Assembly: GCF_001194135.2 (NCBI RefSeq)
Contig: NC_068983.1
Location: 155,645,708 to 155,709,707, forward strand
Reading direction: 5' to 3'
Length of the DNA stretch: 64,000 bases
Origin: Octopus bimaculoides
Taxonomy: Eukaryota
Within the stretch, counting starts at the first letter, position 1; every line of letters begins with the position of its first letter. Positions 40,978 to 54,055 of this stretch are shown piece by piece. The notes below the pieces were generated by a model that saw only the letters and a list, made by a program, of their open reading frames with translations, made no database searches and was not told the DNA's origin. The position numbers were made by a program, and so were the translations under genes.

Positions 40978-42214
40978 CATATATATATATATATATAACA
41001 ATTAGAAAATGGAGGATAATATGCTGAACCCAACTACTTGCAGACGGTGTATCCTGTTGAATTCATTAAATTAATTCATAGCAAAAGTGACAAAAAAAGA
41101 AAGAAAAAGAAACAAAGAACCGAAGCACAGGTGTCTATGGCAGACTATGTTATTTTGCCCTTTTTTTGTCACTCTTGCTATGANNNNNNNNNNNNNNNNN
41201 NNNNNNNNNNNNNNNNNNNNNNNNNNNNNNNNNNNNNNNNNNNNNNNNNNNNNNNNNNNNNNNNNNNNNNNNNNNNNNNNNNNNNNNNNNNNNNNNNNNN
41301 NNNNNNNNNNNNNNNNNNNNNNNNNNNNNNNNNNNNNNNNNNNNNNNNNNNNNNNNNNNNNNNNNNNNNNNNNNNNNNNNNNNNNNNNNNNNNNNNNNNN
41401 NNNNNNNNNNNNNNNNNNNNNNNNNNNNNNNNNNNNNNNNNNNNNNNNNNNNNNNNNNNNNNNNNNNNNNNNNNNNNNNNNNNNNNNNNNNNNNNNNNNN
41501 NNNNNNNNNNNNNNNNNNNNNNNNNNNNNNNNNNNNNNNNNNNNNNNNNNNNNNNNNNNTATATATATATATATATATATATTTGTCCAGAATTACGGTG
41601 GAGGTGGAGGAGAGAAAAGAGTAATTCAGTGAAGGAGAAGTAGTGAGAGTAATAGTCCTGACTGCAAGGGAGTAAGAGAGAGTAATAGCAATGAGAGAAG
41701 GGAAGGGGTGATAGATGAATAAGGAAGGAAGTGGTGAAAAAAAATCAGCGTTTCAACTCTGTGTGAGTATATGCGTATGTGTGTGCGTGTACAAGGGAAG
41801 TACGTGTGATTATTATGTACTTTATTTTGTACCTTATTTATATATAAAATACTACAATTAACCCTCATAATTGACGGCACGTGGTCAGCTAGTCAATAAT
41901 AAAATTCATCACAAACTAAATGTGTGTTCTTTGCTCGACTTGCTAAATTTGATAGACAAATCTTTAAAACAACGTCTCAAATTCTGAATAAAAAATTATA
42001 TGCATTGTGGTTGTTAATATGTTTTGGGAGGTAATATACTTCAGAAGTTAATATGAAGCGAAAATGAATATAATGTTAAACCAGTACCATGGAGCGATTG
42101 GCAGGACATGTGTTGAACCTCGGTTGAACATAAGAAAGTTTAATAACGCGCGGCCAGTCCAGAGTTATAAATCCATCGTTAAACATCATACTCATTCGCT
42201 AGAATATTTTCATA

Positions 42215-42410
42215 TTTTCGCACAAGGCTAGCAATTTCAGGGTAGGGATTACATTGACCCCAGTGATTCAACTAGTACTTACTTTATCGACCTCGAGAGA
42301 CTGAAAAGCAAAGTCGATCTCAGCGGAATTTGAACTGAGAACGTTAAGACAAACGAAATACTGCTAAGCACTCTGCTCGGCATGTTAACCATTCTTCCAG
42401 TTCGCCGTCT
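42215..42410 (-). mobile_element. SINE family D, diverged
   Basis: Reverse complement matches the 40622 copy. Confidence 0.7.
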
Positions 42411-42564
42411 ATTGCATCTCCATCATTAATTGATTAAGTTCTTTGGTTTAATATGTGAAGCATGTTATTGTTTCCTTTACTATTAAGCTTTCACACAGCA
42501 GTCATTCTTAAGTATTTTCCACGTTGCTGCTGCTGCTGCTGCTACTACTACTACTACTACTACT

Positions 42565-42930
42565 CTCTTAGGTCAGGGATCTCGTCACTGGCTATTGTTT
42601 TCTGCTACTAGTACCATGCAAACTAGTGCTACCTGTTTCAGGGTCGAGTAGCCGGCGACTAAACTGGTTCACCCACTTGAGTACTTGCGGCTCTTGTGAA
42701 GTAGGTAACTGGACAGCCAGCAGAACTAGACACAAAACCTGTCAATGACCGGATGGGCTCCCTGTGGGCCAACGGCCATCCAGTTGGGGAAACCAATGGC
42801 AAATCACCCTAACATCTCTGCCAAGCAGTCACTGTATGAAGGTCACGAGGTAATGCTAAGGCATCACTCGATAGAACTCACACTTAATCGGGAAGACGTT
42901 TGCTGTAGTGTCATCAACGCGCTGCAAAAG
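42565..42930 (+). mobile_element. Probable LINE (RTE-like) 5' UTR fragment
   Basis: GC-richer block between microsatellites with CAATGGCAAATCACC...TGCCAAG, resembling RTE 5' regions. No coding motif was seen. Confidence 0.35.
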
Positions 42931-43128
42931 TTGCTGCTGCTGTTGCTACTACTACTACTACTATCGTTATTTTATTTTATATGTATACCACATGTGAAAA
43001 AATGATAGAAAAGATTTACAAAAGACATGACGTAAATGAAAATATACGAACAAAAACGAAAAAGAATATTCGAATTTACAGGCAACTCAGTTGTAAATAA
43101 AAGATATATACGCCTAGATAAATCTATA

Positions 43129-44333
43129 CGAGATTTAAAAGTCCATAGGGTGACGATGAAGGAGTAATGTTAGAGCTGTGAAATCTTGCATGCATTAATT
43201 TCAGTTCTTATTATTAATAACTGCATTGTTGCATTCCTGGTAAACTGGCAAGTGGCTCGAAAATTGACAAAATTTGGCTTCATGATGTTATTAAACACAT
43301 GCAGGAAAAAGGTTTAGTCCCAAAGGATATTCATACGGATATGGTTGCTACAGTAGGAGATGACGCTGCAGTGAAAAAAGTAGGCAGATGAATTTAGAAA
43401 GGGAACAGAGAGTGTTGAAAATGACCCAACGTTTGGAAATTCTTCAACTACCAACACTGAAGAAAATATTGTTCCTGTTCACCAAATGTTGATGCAATTG
43501 ACTATAAATCAAATAGTCAATTCTATTAGTATATCCCGTGAGAGAGTTGAAATATCTGCAAAACGAATATCTGCATGACGAATGTTTCTGTTCGGTGGGT
43601 GCCACGTCTTCTGACACCTGACCAAAAGCGCCCCAGGTCGATCACATAACAGCAAATCTAACATTGTTTGAGGCAGATCTAGATGGTTTCTTTAAACGTT
43701 TCCTAACACTGGATGAGTGTTGACTTCATCACTTTGAGCCAGAAAGAAAGAGATAATCCTTGCAGTAGAAACCCCCTCCTCACCTGCTCCGAAGAAGGTC
43801 ATGGTCATTTTATCTGCTGGGAAGGCGATGACCTCAGATTTTTAAGATGCAAAGAATATTGTGTTTATTAACTATCTTCAAAAGGGCTACACCATCAATG
43901 GAGAGAACAATACGAGTTGCTGAGGCAGTTACCGAAGGCTATCAGGACCAAACGCCCAAGAAAACTGATGATCGGGATCTTTTTTAATCAGGACAATGTT
44001 CCAGCTCACAGGTCATTGGTTTCAATGGCTGCTGTGCATAATTGCGACATTGAACTGGTCGATCACCATCCCTATTCTCCTGATTTGACCCCATCTGACT
44101 ATCATCTGTTCCCAACATAAGATAACCCCACTTGGCCGGGAACTAGTATCGCAGTGATGATGATGTCATATCTGCTGTTGATAACTTTTTTAACCAGCAG
44201 GATGAAAGGTTCGTCACCAATGGGATTCAAGCACTGCAACACCGGTAGGAGAAGTGTGTAGACTACAAAGGGTCTATGTAAAAAAATAAATCTCATTTGG
44301 TCACATTCCATGAAAGTATCTTGATCACCCTCG
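43129..44333 (+). mobile_element. Mariner transposon, same subfamily as 2989-4235, pseudogenised
   Basis: WVPRLL (~43597), TLDECxLHHFEP, QDNVPAH and YSPDLTPSDYHLF. Ends in CACCCTCG-TA. Confidence 0.92.
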
Positions 44334-44940
44334 TAATGCTACAACGGACACAAAATCTTTTTTTTTCACACTCTACCTATGTTTCTCTCTATCTTTCTAT
44401 TGATAAAGGACTAGGCTTGAAACGTGAAGACATTTTCTCTCTTCATTAAAGCGTTAAGCTGATGACTTATTTCTTAAACTTTGTTCCTGTTGCGCTGATT
44501 TCTGTTGTTCGTTTTATTTAGACTGAATACACGTATATATATTTATACATACGCACATACACATCAGTGAATATCTATATACACCGACGCACGCTCGCGC
44601 GCACACACGTACGCACACACACACACACATTGTATTTCAGTTTAACATATTTTATTGACTTAAATTCATTTCGTTCCTTCAAAATTTACCAAATGGCTAA
44701 TATCTATTTTCTCACATTATCTACACATTTACTTACCAATTGTGAAATATGTTCTTTGATGTAAACATTTCTTTCGCCTCGTTTAAATCTTTCGATGTTG
44801 CACACGAGCAATAAAAAAAAATTTTTTTAAAGATATAGTATTTCAATTTGTTAAAAAGAAAATTCATCGGGGAAATCTAGTGGCATTTTAATTTAAGATT
44901 AAACCCTGGTACAGTTGATATAGCATAAAAAAACACTTAC

Positions 44941-44982
44941 CTCTTATCAGCCAGCAGATTTGATTACGCTTTTCGTCGATCC
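44941..44982 (-). other. Candidate small exon
   Basis: Perfect donor AG|GTAAGT but weak acceptor. One open frame gives IDEKRNQICWLIR. Confidence 0.17.
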
Positions 44983-46389
44983 CTAGATACTCCCGAGTTT
45001 GAAATAAGATAAACAAGTGAAAAACACTTTACTATGGTTTATTTTCTCATTCCACATTCGGCAGTGTATGCAAATTAATGAAGAAAAATCATTTCGGAAT
45101 TAACTCTATATTTAGTCTTAAAATATAGGTTCGGAGTTTGATACATATATCAATGTAATTTGTCAGGGAAACTGATTCAGCTGTTGCTATGTATAACTTT
45201 CAATGTCTATTATAAACGGTCTGCTCATTGCATTCATCAGGAGTTTAATATGCGTACTTGAGAGCATTTCTGAAAAAGTAGCTTTAGATGGTTTGGCATA
45301 TAGAAAGGCCAAGTTAGACAATCACCAATATATATTGGTAAGCGACTAGAAAATCAGAAGAAATAGCCGTCCCAGTAAATATGGTGTATGGATATTTTAA
45401 TTTTCCTGCCTGTATCGGTGTCTGTCTGTCTATTAAATGGTTTCTGAATGAAACCTCAAATTTATATCAGACAAGTATAAATGTTTTCAACTATACAAGT
45501 GACTATTATTCGTTAAATTGTATATATTGTTTTGCTTAAATCTAAACCGAAAAACAATAACATATCTAAACATATACAGACATTATATTTTGTATGTTGA
45601 ATTATAAAAATAATGGGCATTGAAGCGATTTGAGATATAAGTTTTCCTTTCCGTTTCACTTCAATTATGTCGCCGAAGCTCTTGGGGATGGTATGAAAAT
45701 CAACATTTTCCATTTACTTTTTACAAAAGCAATGTCAGATTTTGTGCCGGCATGTAAACAGTTACTTTTCATATAGAGTTAATTGATTTTCGATGGAAGT
45801 AAATTCTCCTTTAACACACCTTGGAGAGGCATAAATGTCACGAATTCTCATATTCTATTAAGCAGAGTGTCTTAGACTTCATTCGTCTGTAAGTTAACTC
45901 TTTAAATTTGGATATTTTCTTTAGTTTTTATATTAGTTACCTTTTATGTTAAGCTGCCAAATATTGAGAAGTGTCACGGCTCATTTCTTTAAAATCTTTC
46001 AGACATTATATCTATAGAAAAAACACGCACTACTCTTAATGATAGTTTTAATACGAGAGAGAATGCATTATATTTCCATTCCAACAATAACCAATAACGC
46101 AATAAGAAAATATTTGAATGGCACTGGTTCCCATTTGTCATGTAATAATGTCACATACTATACCTATCAAGGGGGAAAAATATGTCTATTTACGATGGCT
46201 TACATACCTCGTGCTAGCCAGCTCATTCCGCCTACGTTAGTGTTCATCTTAATAATAGTATGAGCGTCATCGGATTGGCTACCTTTATGAATATACACAC
46301 ACGTAGTTACATCCATACATGGAAACATACATACGTTTATACGTACATACATACATACATACACTCTCATATATTAATGTTTATCTTTA

Positions 46390-46930
46390 TGCCAAGTTAT
46401 ATATAAAAACAGAATAACTGAAGGATTACTTGGATGTTATAGTAGAGTACATATTTATTACCTTGCTGGAAAAAGTTGAAAGTTGCATCGAAGTTTCAGA
46501 TGACTTTCCTTCATAAGACTGTGCTTTGTAACAGTTCTTTTTAGATAGTCTTTGATAAGATGACTTTTTGGGTAGGTGGAACCATGTGATGGATTGGCAA
46601 CTTCAGAAGATGTGGTGGAGGTAGACAAGGTAAATAGTTGTGTAAAGAGGTGGATAGAAGAAAACGAATGTTTGTAGGATGTAGGTTGATAGAAAGCTGT
46701 GATTAGAAGATTTATTGTGGCTTGACGTAGGAATTTTGTTACTCTTATGGTTCTGCCAGGAGTAGAAATACATGTGTAAACGAATGTGTCAAATGTGTCT
46801 GCCTAGAAAGTTGGCTTTTCTTGTGTCTCATGGTTCACAGAATAAGGTTTGAAGCTAAGTCAGTTAGTCACAGAGCATAGACCTGAGTGAAGTTGAATCG
46901 GCGGTCTTAGTGTTATTAGATTTCTACTAA
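46390..46930 (-). mobile_element. Penelope-like element 3' end (GIY-YIG C-terminal remnant, pyrimidine-rich UTR, degenerate hammerhead)
   Basis: Decayed coding-like segment followed by a CT-rich tract and CUUAUGA-AGG..UCU-GAAAC-UUC at about 46485-46524. Confidence 0.5.
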
Positions 46931-47377
46931 GAAATTTTGAACAGATTACTCTGGGTAGGTTATGTTTGAGGAGACTATACTACTATAGTTATCAGTGTTT
47001 TCTAGTCTGTTTCTAGCGTAACTATTTGTATTCATATTATTGTAGACAGATGCAGACACATAACTGCTTGAAGTTGCGTATCCATCCACATGAATGAATA
47101 AAGATGTACTTCCCATAAGAATACCCATCCATAAGATATATGTATAAACAATATATAAATATAACAATTTATATGCGCATCCATATATTGATATACATTT
47201 TGTTTTGCACACACACCTCTTTGTACTATCTTATGCTCACACATATGTACTATCTTATGCACACAGTTGTATGGACCAGTAAAAATATACCCCACTGGTG
47301 TATATTTAGGGATAGATCCCTTGAAATGTAATGTTTATATACAAACACATACACCAACCCATATCCGCGCAAATATG

Positions 47378-47445
<68 letters not shown>

Positions 47446-48344
47446 AATATATATATATAAATTAATTAAGGTACTCAGAAACCTGGATGTTTGTACTTTA
47501 CAGATTTTTATTAAAGTCACATATTATATATNNNNNNNNNNNNNNNNNNNNNNNNNNNNNNNNNNNNNNNNNNNNNNNNNNNNNNNNNNNNNNNNNNNNN
47601 NNNNNNNNNNNNNNNNNNNNNNNNNNNNNNNNNNNNNNNNNNNNNNNNNNNNNNNNNNNNNNNNNNNNNNNNNNNNNNNNNNNNNNNNNNNNNNNNNNNN
47701 NNNNNNNNNNNNNNNNNNNNNNNNNNNNNNNNNNNNNNNNNNNNNNNNNNNNNNNNNNNNNNNNNNNNNNNNNNNNNNNNNNNNNNNNNNNNNNNNNNNN
47801 NNNNNNNNNNNNNNNNNNNNNNNNNNNNNNNNNNNNNNNNNNNNNNNNNNNNNNNNNNNNNNNNNNNNNNNNNNNNNNNNNNNNNNNNNNNNNNNNNNNN
47901 NNNNNNNNNNNNNNNNNNNNNNNNNNNNNNNNNNNNNNNNNNNNNNNNNNNNNNNNNNNNNNNNNNNNNNNNNNNNNNNNNNNNNNNNNNNNNNNNNNNN
48001 NNNNNNNNNNNNNNNNNNNNNNNNNNNNNNNNNNNNNNNNNNNNNNNNNNNNNNNNNNNNNNNNNNNNNNNNNNNNNNNNNNNNNNNNNNNNNNNNNNNN
48101 NNNNNNNNNNNNNNNNNNNNNNNNNNNNNNNNNNNNNNNNNNNNNNNNNNNNNNNNNNNNNNNNNNNNNNNNNNNNNNNNNNNNNNNNNNNNNNNNNNNN
48201 NATACACATATATATATATACATATATATATACATTCGTCCTCGGCAGAATGTGAACTCAAAACGTAAAGACGGACAAAATACCACTATGCATTTTTGCC
48301 CGGTGTGCTATCGATTCTGCCTGCGCGCTGCCTTAATAATAATA

Positions 48345-48425
<81 letters not shown>

Positions 48426-48490
48426 GCAACAACAACAACAACAACAATAATAACATTGATAATAATAATTATAATAGTAATGATAATAAT

Positions 48491-48865
48491 AGCAAGAGCA
48501 CTCAGAGAGCGCAAACCTCCGCCAAGGCAACACCAACGTCCTCTCAATAATTAGTCGGAGATGATTTTTAAAATGCGAATATCTGAAGTAAACTCGACTT
48601 CTCTAACAAACGAGAATGCTAAAAATGAACCCAACCGCTCTCAAAAATTAAGTAAAAAAAAAAGGTAAAATAATCCAGAATCCTTGTCCGTTACCGCATC
48701 GATCTCAGAATCTAATCAGTTCATGCTGGTCACGAGGCCAAACATCCCTGAAAGTGTCATCCGAATCTAGCCATCAGTTCTTGAGATATCTTGTCCACGG
48801 ACAAACAAACAGACAAATAAACACGACTGAAAACAATTCCTCCGCCTTCGCTAAAGCGGAGGTAA
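48491..48865 (+). mobile_element. Helentron-type non-autonomous element (HINE/DINE-1-like)
   Basis: 5' ACCTCCGCCAAGG, inverted relative to the 3' GCGGAGGT. 3'-subterminal hairpin CCTCCGC-CTTCGCTAAA-GCGGAGG preceded by an (ACAA/ACAG) microsatellite. No TSD seen. Confidence 0.55.
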
Positions 48866-49099
48866 TAATGATAATGTTAATATTAAAGATTAGGTTGAGA
48901 AATACTGATAGCAACAATGCTAAAAAACTACATAAAAAGTCGTCACACCCTATATCTCAACAGACAATCATCAGACGCCAATACTAGCTAAATATTGTTC
49001 AGATACTTGGAACACTGGGGTTGACGTAATCGACTTACCCACTCACTCGAACTGCCGGCGTTGTGCCGAAATTTGAAATCATTATTATAATTTATTTAT

Positions 49100-49390
49100 G
49101 AGAGCGCATGTGAGGTGGTTAGAGCGTAGCACTCACGATCGATAGAACGTGATTTCAATTCCTGGACCGAGTGGTGCATTGTGTTCTTGAGCAAAACACT
49201 TCATCTCACGTTGCTCTGCGATCACTTCGACACGTGACTCGTGGTACACCGCACAACTGTTCACACAGCGTCGATTTGATGGAGAGAGTGAGCTAATGTG
49301 GGACACGAATATTTGATCATTATAAACAAATCACTTGTGCAGGTTGTCGGCAAAAGCTGAATACTCATACGTCGTCTTCAATGAGAGAGC
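49100..49390 (+). mobile_element. tRNA-derived SINE (family C-related)
   Basis: GTGGTTAGAGCG A box, TTTCAATTCCTGGACC B box and TGTGTTCTTGAGCAAAACACTTCATCTCACGTTGCT core. Confidence 0.7.
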
Positions 49391-49702
49391 CCATCATATA
49401 TATGCATTTATGTATACGTATATACACGTATACACACTAAATTTCTATCGCCCCACACATTACGAACACGATTTTCCCCTAATCTTTTCTATCCCTCTAT
49501 TTTCCACTACTATCTCATCAATCTTTCTACACCACCCCACTCTTAATTATCACCTACATAGCTCCACCTACCCTAATAAAACACACACGGATGAAGGACT
49601 GCAAGCTGAGACTTTAAAGTCACTGTCAACTTTTTCGTTGCAAAAGTTAATATATCTATATATATGCATGCTATTATCTATAGCAAAATAAAGAATAGAT
49701 TT

Positions 49703-49771
<69 letters not shown>

Positions 49772-49921
49772 TAGATAGATAGATGAAGCTGAACCGTCAC
49801 AACACAAGCGAGCATCATCTAGTAGCTTGCACTACACTTTCGACGATTATTATTGGTGCTTTTAGCATAGCAAGCAGATACAGACAAACTTTCTGCGCTC
49901 TCTGACTTGATCCAATGATAG

Positions 49922-49952
<31 letters not shown>

Positions 49953-49972
49953 GCTCTCTCTCTCTCTCGCTC

Positions 49973-50016
<44 letters not shown>

Positions 50017-50029
50017 GTCTTTCTTTCTC

Positions 50030-50060
<31 letters not shown>

Positions 50061-50075
50061 CTCTTTCTCTCTCTT

Positions 50076-50140
<65 letters not shown>

Positions 50141-50275
50141 TTATCTATCTATTTATCTATATATATATATATATATATATATTCAAGATTGAATATGGTA
50201 CTTATGCGTAGGCACCAGAATATCGTATGGTATGGTATTATACAGAAACCATTCCAAAAGGATAGGTGATAAAAA

Positions 50276-50472
50276 AATCAAAATAAGCAACACGGATTTC
50301 AAAGATGATTGCAGTACACACGTTTCATGCTACTCCATTTATTTAAGTAATGCAGCTAAAGATTGCTCTTCATATTGCATTTAATGTAATGCTCGCATTA
50401 CTTAAATAAATGGAGTAGCATGAAACGTGCGTACTGCAATCATCTTTAAAATCCGTGTTGCTTATTTTGATT
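50276..50472. repeat. Near-perfect inverted repeat: 78-bp arms, 41-nt spacer
   Basis: 50276-50353 and the reverse complement of 50395-50472 differ at 2 positions. Confidence 0.95.
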
Positions 50473-52067
50473 ATTTGATCACTTATATATATATATATAT
50501 ATATATACATATATATCTTTCTCTCTTTCTCTCTTTCTCTCTCTATCTCTCTCTAAAGCAAAGTACAGCAGTCAGCTAATAATACATATTCGAGGTGATA
50601 TAGCTATTCATTATTTCTGTAGATACATTTAAAATGAAATCTGCTCAGTCATTTCGAGAGAGTGAGATAGAGAGAGAAAGAAAGAGAAAGAGAGAGAGAG
50701 AGGTGCATAAGCACTCTGCTCTTACAGACGTTTAGCTGAGCATACTGAAATAAATCAAAGTCATGTGACTTGCTCAAAGACATAACTCGCTGTCCAGTTC
50801 AGAAATCGAACTCCTCAGCAACACAGTTACGAATCTTTCGCAATGAAGGTCGCTAGACATAGTGATTAATAATTTAGAAAGGATGTTACAGAAGATGGAT
50901 AGGAGGCTATCAACTCCAAGTGGTTATCTTCTTTAGAGCTACTCCTCAGCAAAGGACCTTTAGGAAATGCAGTAAGAGTTAAAAGTTTCCTTGATGCTAA
51001 CCCCACAGCAACAGCAGCATCAGTAGCAGAGATAAATTAAAATAACACCAAGAAAATCCAGATAACATGAAAAGACGTTGAAACTACACCTCGGAAATGT
51101 AACACCAAACAGACCTCGGCATGGTTTGAACATAGAACATAAAGCGTCATATCTCTATGGCACAAAGTATTTCGTCCGATACTCTAACGATTCTGCGCTG
51201 CAATAATTATTATTAACAACATAATGGAAGAAAGAGAGAGAGAGAGAGACTGACAGAATAGTTAGGGCATTGTTCAAAATGCCTTGCTATTTTTAAACAT
51301 GGCTCTTTACATTCTGTGTTCAAAACCCTCCTGATAACCTTGCCTTTCATTCTTCCGAAGTCCATAAAATAAAGCATTAATCAAATGTGTTGTTCGATAT
51401 AATCGAATGTTTTTCTCTCACCACAACTGTGGTCATATGCCTATGTTAGAAAATATTACTACCATTAAAACGACGGTGTAGTGTAGAATCAGTGGGATGT
51501 TGCCATATTTAGTTACGTTTTGAGTTTCAATTCCATGACAATCGATTTTGCCTTCAATATTTCAGGTTCGGGTACATATACATAGTTACTAAACAAATAG
51601 TGGAGATAAATTTATCGGCTGTATCAACTCCTCTTTATATAATACGCAGCCTTGTGCTTGTACAAGGAATCATTATTGCTAGTAGCAATCGCATAATTTA
51701 GAGCTATACTGAATTTAGAATGTAAAGACAAAATAAAAAATTCATAAATACGCTAAATATATGTAAATATATGAAAAATCAAAACAGCAATTTGAATTTA
51801 TAGTCAGCTTAGTTTTAAATAAAATATACGTCTCTGAATAAATCTATAAATGACAACCAAGAGAATAACAAAAATGTGAAAAGAATGTATTTATTATTGG
51901 TAATTTCAAGCAAGTTTAACATAATATTGAATACGCCTACTGTTTTTGACATGCAGTGCTTACATTTTAATTATTTGTTTGTATATTTTTTTTAATATTA
52001 AAAAAAAATTATATGGTATTGTTGATTCGCTCGCCGCAGTTCGTATACATTGATAATAACGTTCACG

Positions 52068-52119
<52 letters not shown>

Positions 52120-53951
52120 CACACGCATATTGGAGAAGATGGATCTACGTCAGTTTAGCTGATGTATATTCCATTTGCTACATCAGTTGAACTGCCTGCT
52201 CATTGAATTATTTTATAAAATATTGAGTATAACACAGACATTGCACATTTAATCCGTAAGCAGAATCAGTGAAACATTGTATGGTCTTTTGAATTTACTG
52301 AAACAGTGCATCTGAAGAGCTTCTACAGTTTCCGTCAATTCATTTTTCACTCCCATAGGTTTAATCGTCTCGACGTGGCAAAAGAAAAATGTCAAACAGT
52401 GCGATCGAGCATGAATCCTTATGATTGTAAGGCGAACATGTTCAACCACGAGGCCATACCTGTAACAATACACATAGACACACAAACACGTACAACGTAC
52501 ACTCACAAACACATTACTTTAATCGATTGAAGTTACAAAAATGACTGAAGGAGCAAAAATTTCGTTCAGTATACTTATCACACACACAAACAAACGCACA
52601 TACACATGTATATAGGAATTTTCATAGTTTCTACTTCTATTAAGCCTTGATACAAAAGTGACAATCCATAATGTGCTATTAATACTGAATTAATTGATAG
52701 CAGTGGTACAGTGGAATTATCGCAGTTATGCACTTCATTATCACTCTTTGTTTTTGAGAATTATTTGGGATAAAATATGGTATCTCAGGCATTCATAATA
52801 CTGGGCTCTCTCTAAAAAGCAAACACAAAAATCTTTGGCTTCGAGATAGAAAATTTATGAGCAAAATGTGGTTTTGCTGCAGAAAAAAAGCTAAAAAAAA
52901 AACTATAACAGTGAAAGCATAGGTCAAATGAGGTTTGTCCATGGATGTTGGCAATGTGTGAGACATTCCCATCAAACTGGGAGGGGTGGGAAAGGGTTGT
53001 ATCTACATGCACTGAATGTGTAATCATCATTGTGGATGCAAATGGATATGATCCGCACTAGACCGGGGAAAATTAAGAGCAACTCATAATAAACAGGACA
53101 AAACAGTGTAATCGCAATTCGGAAGATGGAGAAAAAATCCATACCTGGCTCAAATTTTAATTATCGCTTGATCTAAAGGTCGATTTAAACATTTATCGTC
53201 TTCTTTGTTCGAGACTACTAGAGAGGGAAGAAATGGGATGAGATAACTAGAGGGTGACCATTTACATCTAGAAATGACTGAGCAGATTTCATTTCAAATG
53301 TATCTACAGAAGGAATGAATAGCTACATCACCATATGTACTATTAGCTGACTGTTATACTTTGCTTCAGAGATAGTGGGATTACATGAAAACGTCTGTGT
53401 TTTTTTTCTGCTTTTATGAACAAAACAATTTCTTTTTGTCAGAAGATCCATCTGCTACCAAAACACTAAATTGGATGACTCACATTTCAGTTGTTGATGC
53501 TACACACTGTATAGCAAACTTATATATTAATCAAGTATGCACAGAAACTGCAACATGTACATTCCCGCACAATAAGCAAATTCTGACAATAAGCAAATAC
53601 CGATTCCACTTCTAAGACGTACGTTAGCAGGTTGGTGTCAGCGATGTTTCCTTGTAATTATGGCATTCTTCGCGTATGACAATGTATTGAAATGTCCTTT
53701 CTGAAGAACTTGAAAGTCAAGAATCATATCCTGAAGAATTTTCTCAGCATTCATGACAATGGATCCAACAGTCACATCTATGGGATTTTCACTTCGGAGA
53801 TTACGGACAATAATCAAAAGTTCTCGTCCTATGTCATACTAATCGTACCTACAGCCTTTGCTATTGAAAAAAGAAACTTTACAGACATATATGAGTGTGT
53901 ATATATATGGTAAATGAAAGACGGAAGATGGATTATACGAGAATTTATTAA

Positions 53952-54055
53952 CCACGACTATTGTTTCGACACATCTAGAATCGATCCCTCATGGGTAGGA
54001 AACTCAACAACTGGTTCAGGAGCATCCGGCGGTGCAGATGTGTCTTATCGGATGA
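53952..54055 (-). ncRNA. Degenerate type I hammerhead fold with 9-bp stem II and 59-nt loop II
   Basis: UCAU-CCGAUAA-GACACAUCU-(59 nt)-AGAUGUGUC-GAAAC-AAUA-GUC-GUGG. Confidence 0.55.

Noticed and set aside
42575-42700. Possible HDV-like ribozyme at an RTE-like 5' end
   Set aside because: I could not build the nested P1/P2/P3/P1.1 pseudoknot by eye.
50395-50440. Hammerhead inside the 78-bp hairpin arms
   Set aside because: The topology is suggestive (GCAUUAC/GUACUGC, AUG/CAU, GAAACGU), but the core reads UUAAAUAA and there is no valid NUH site.
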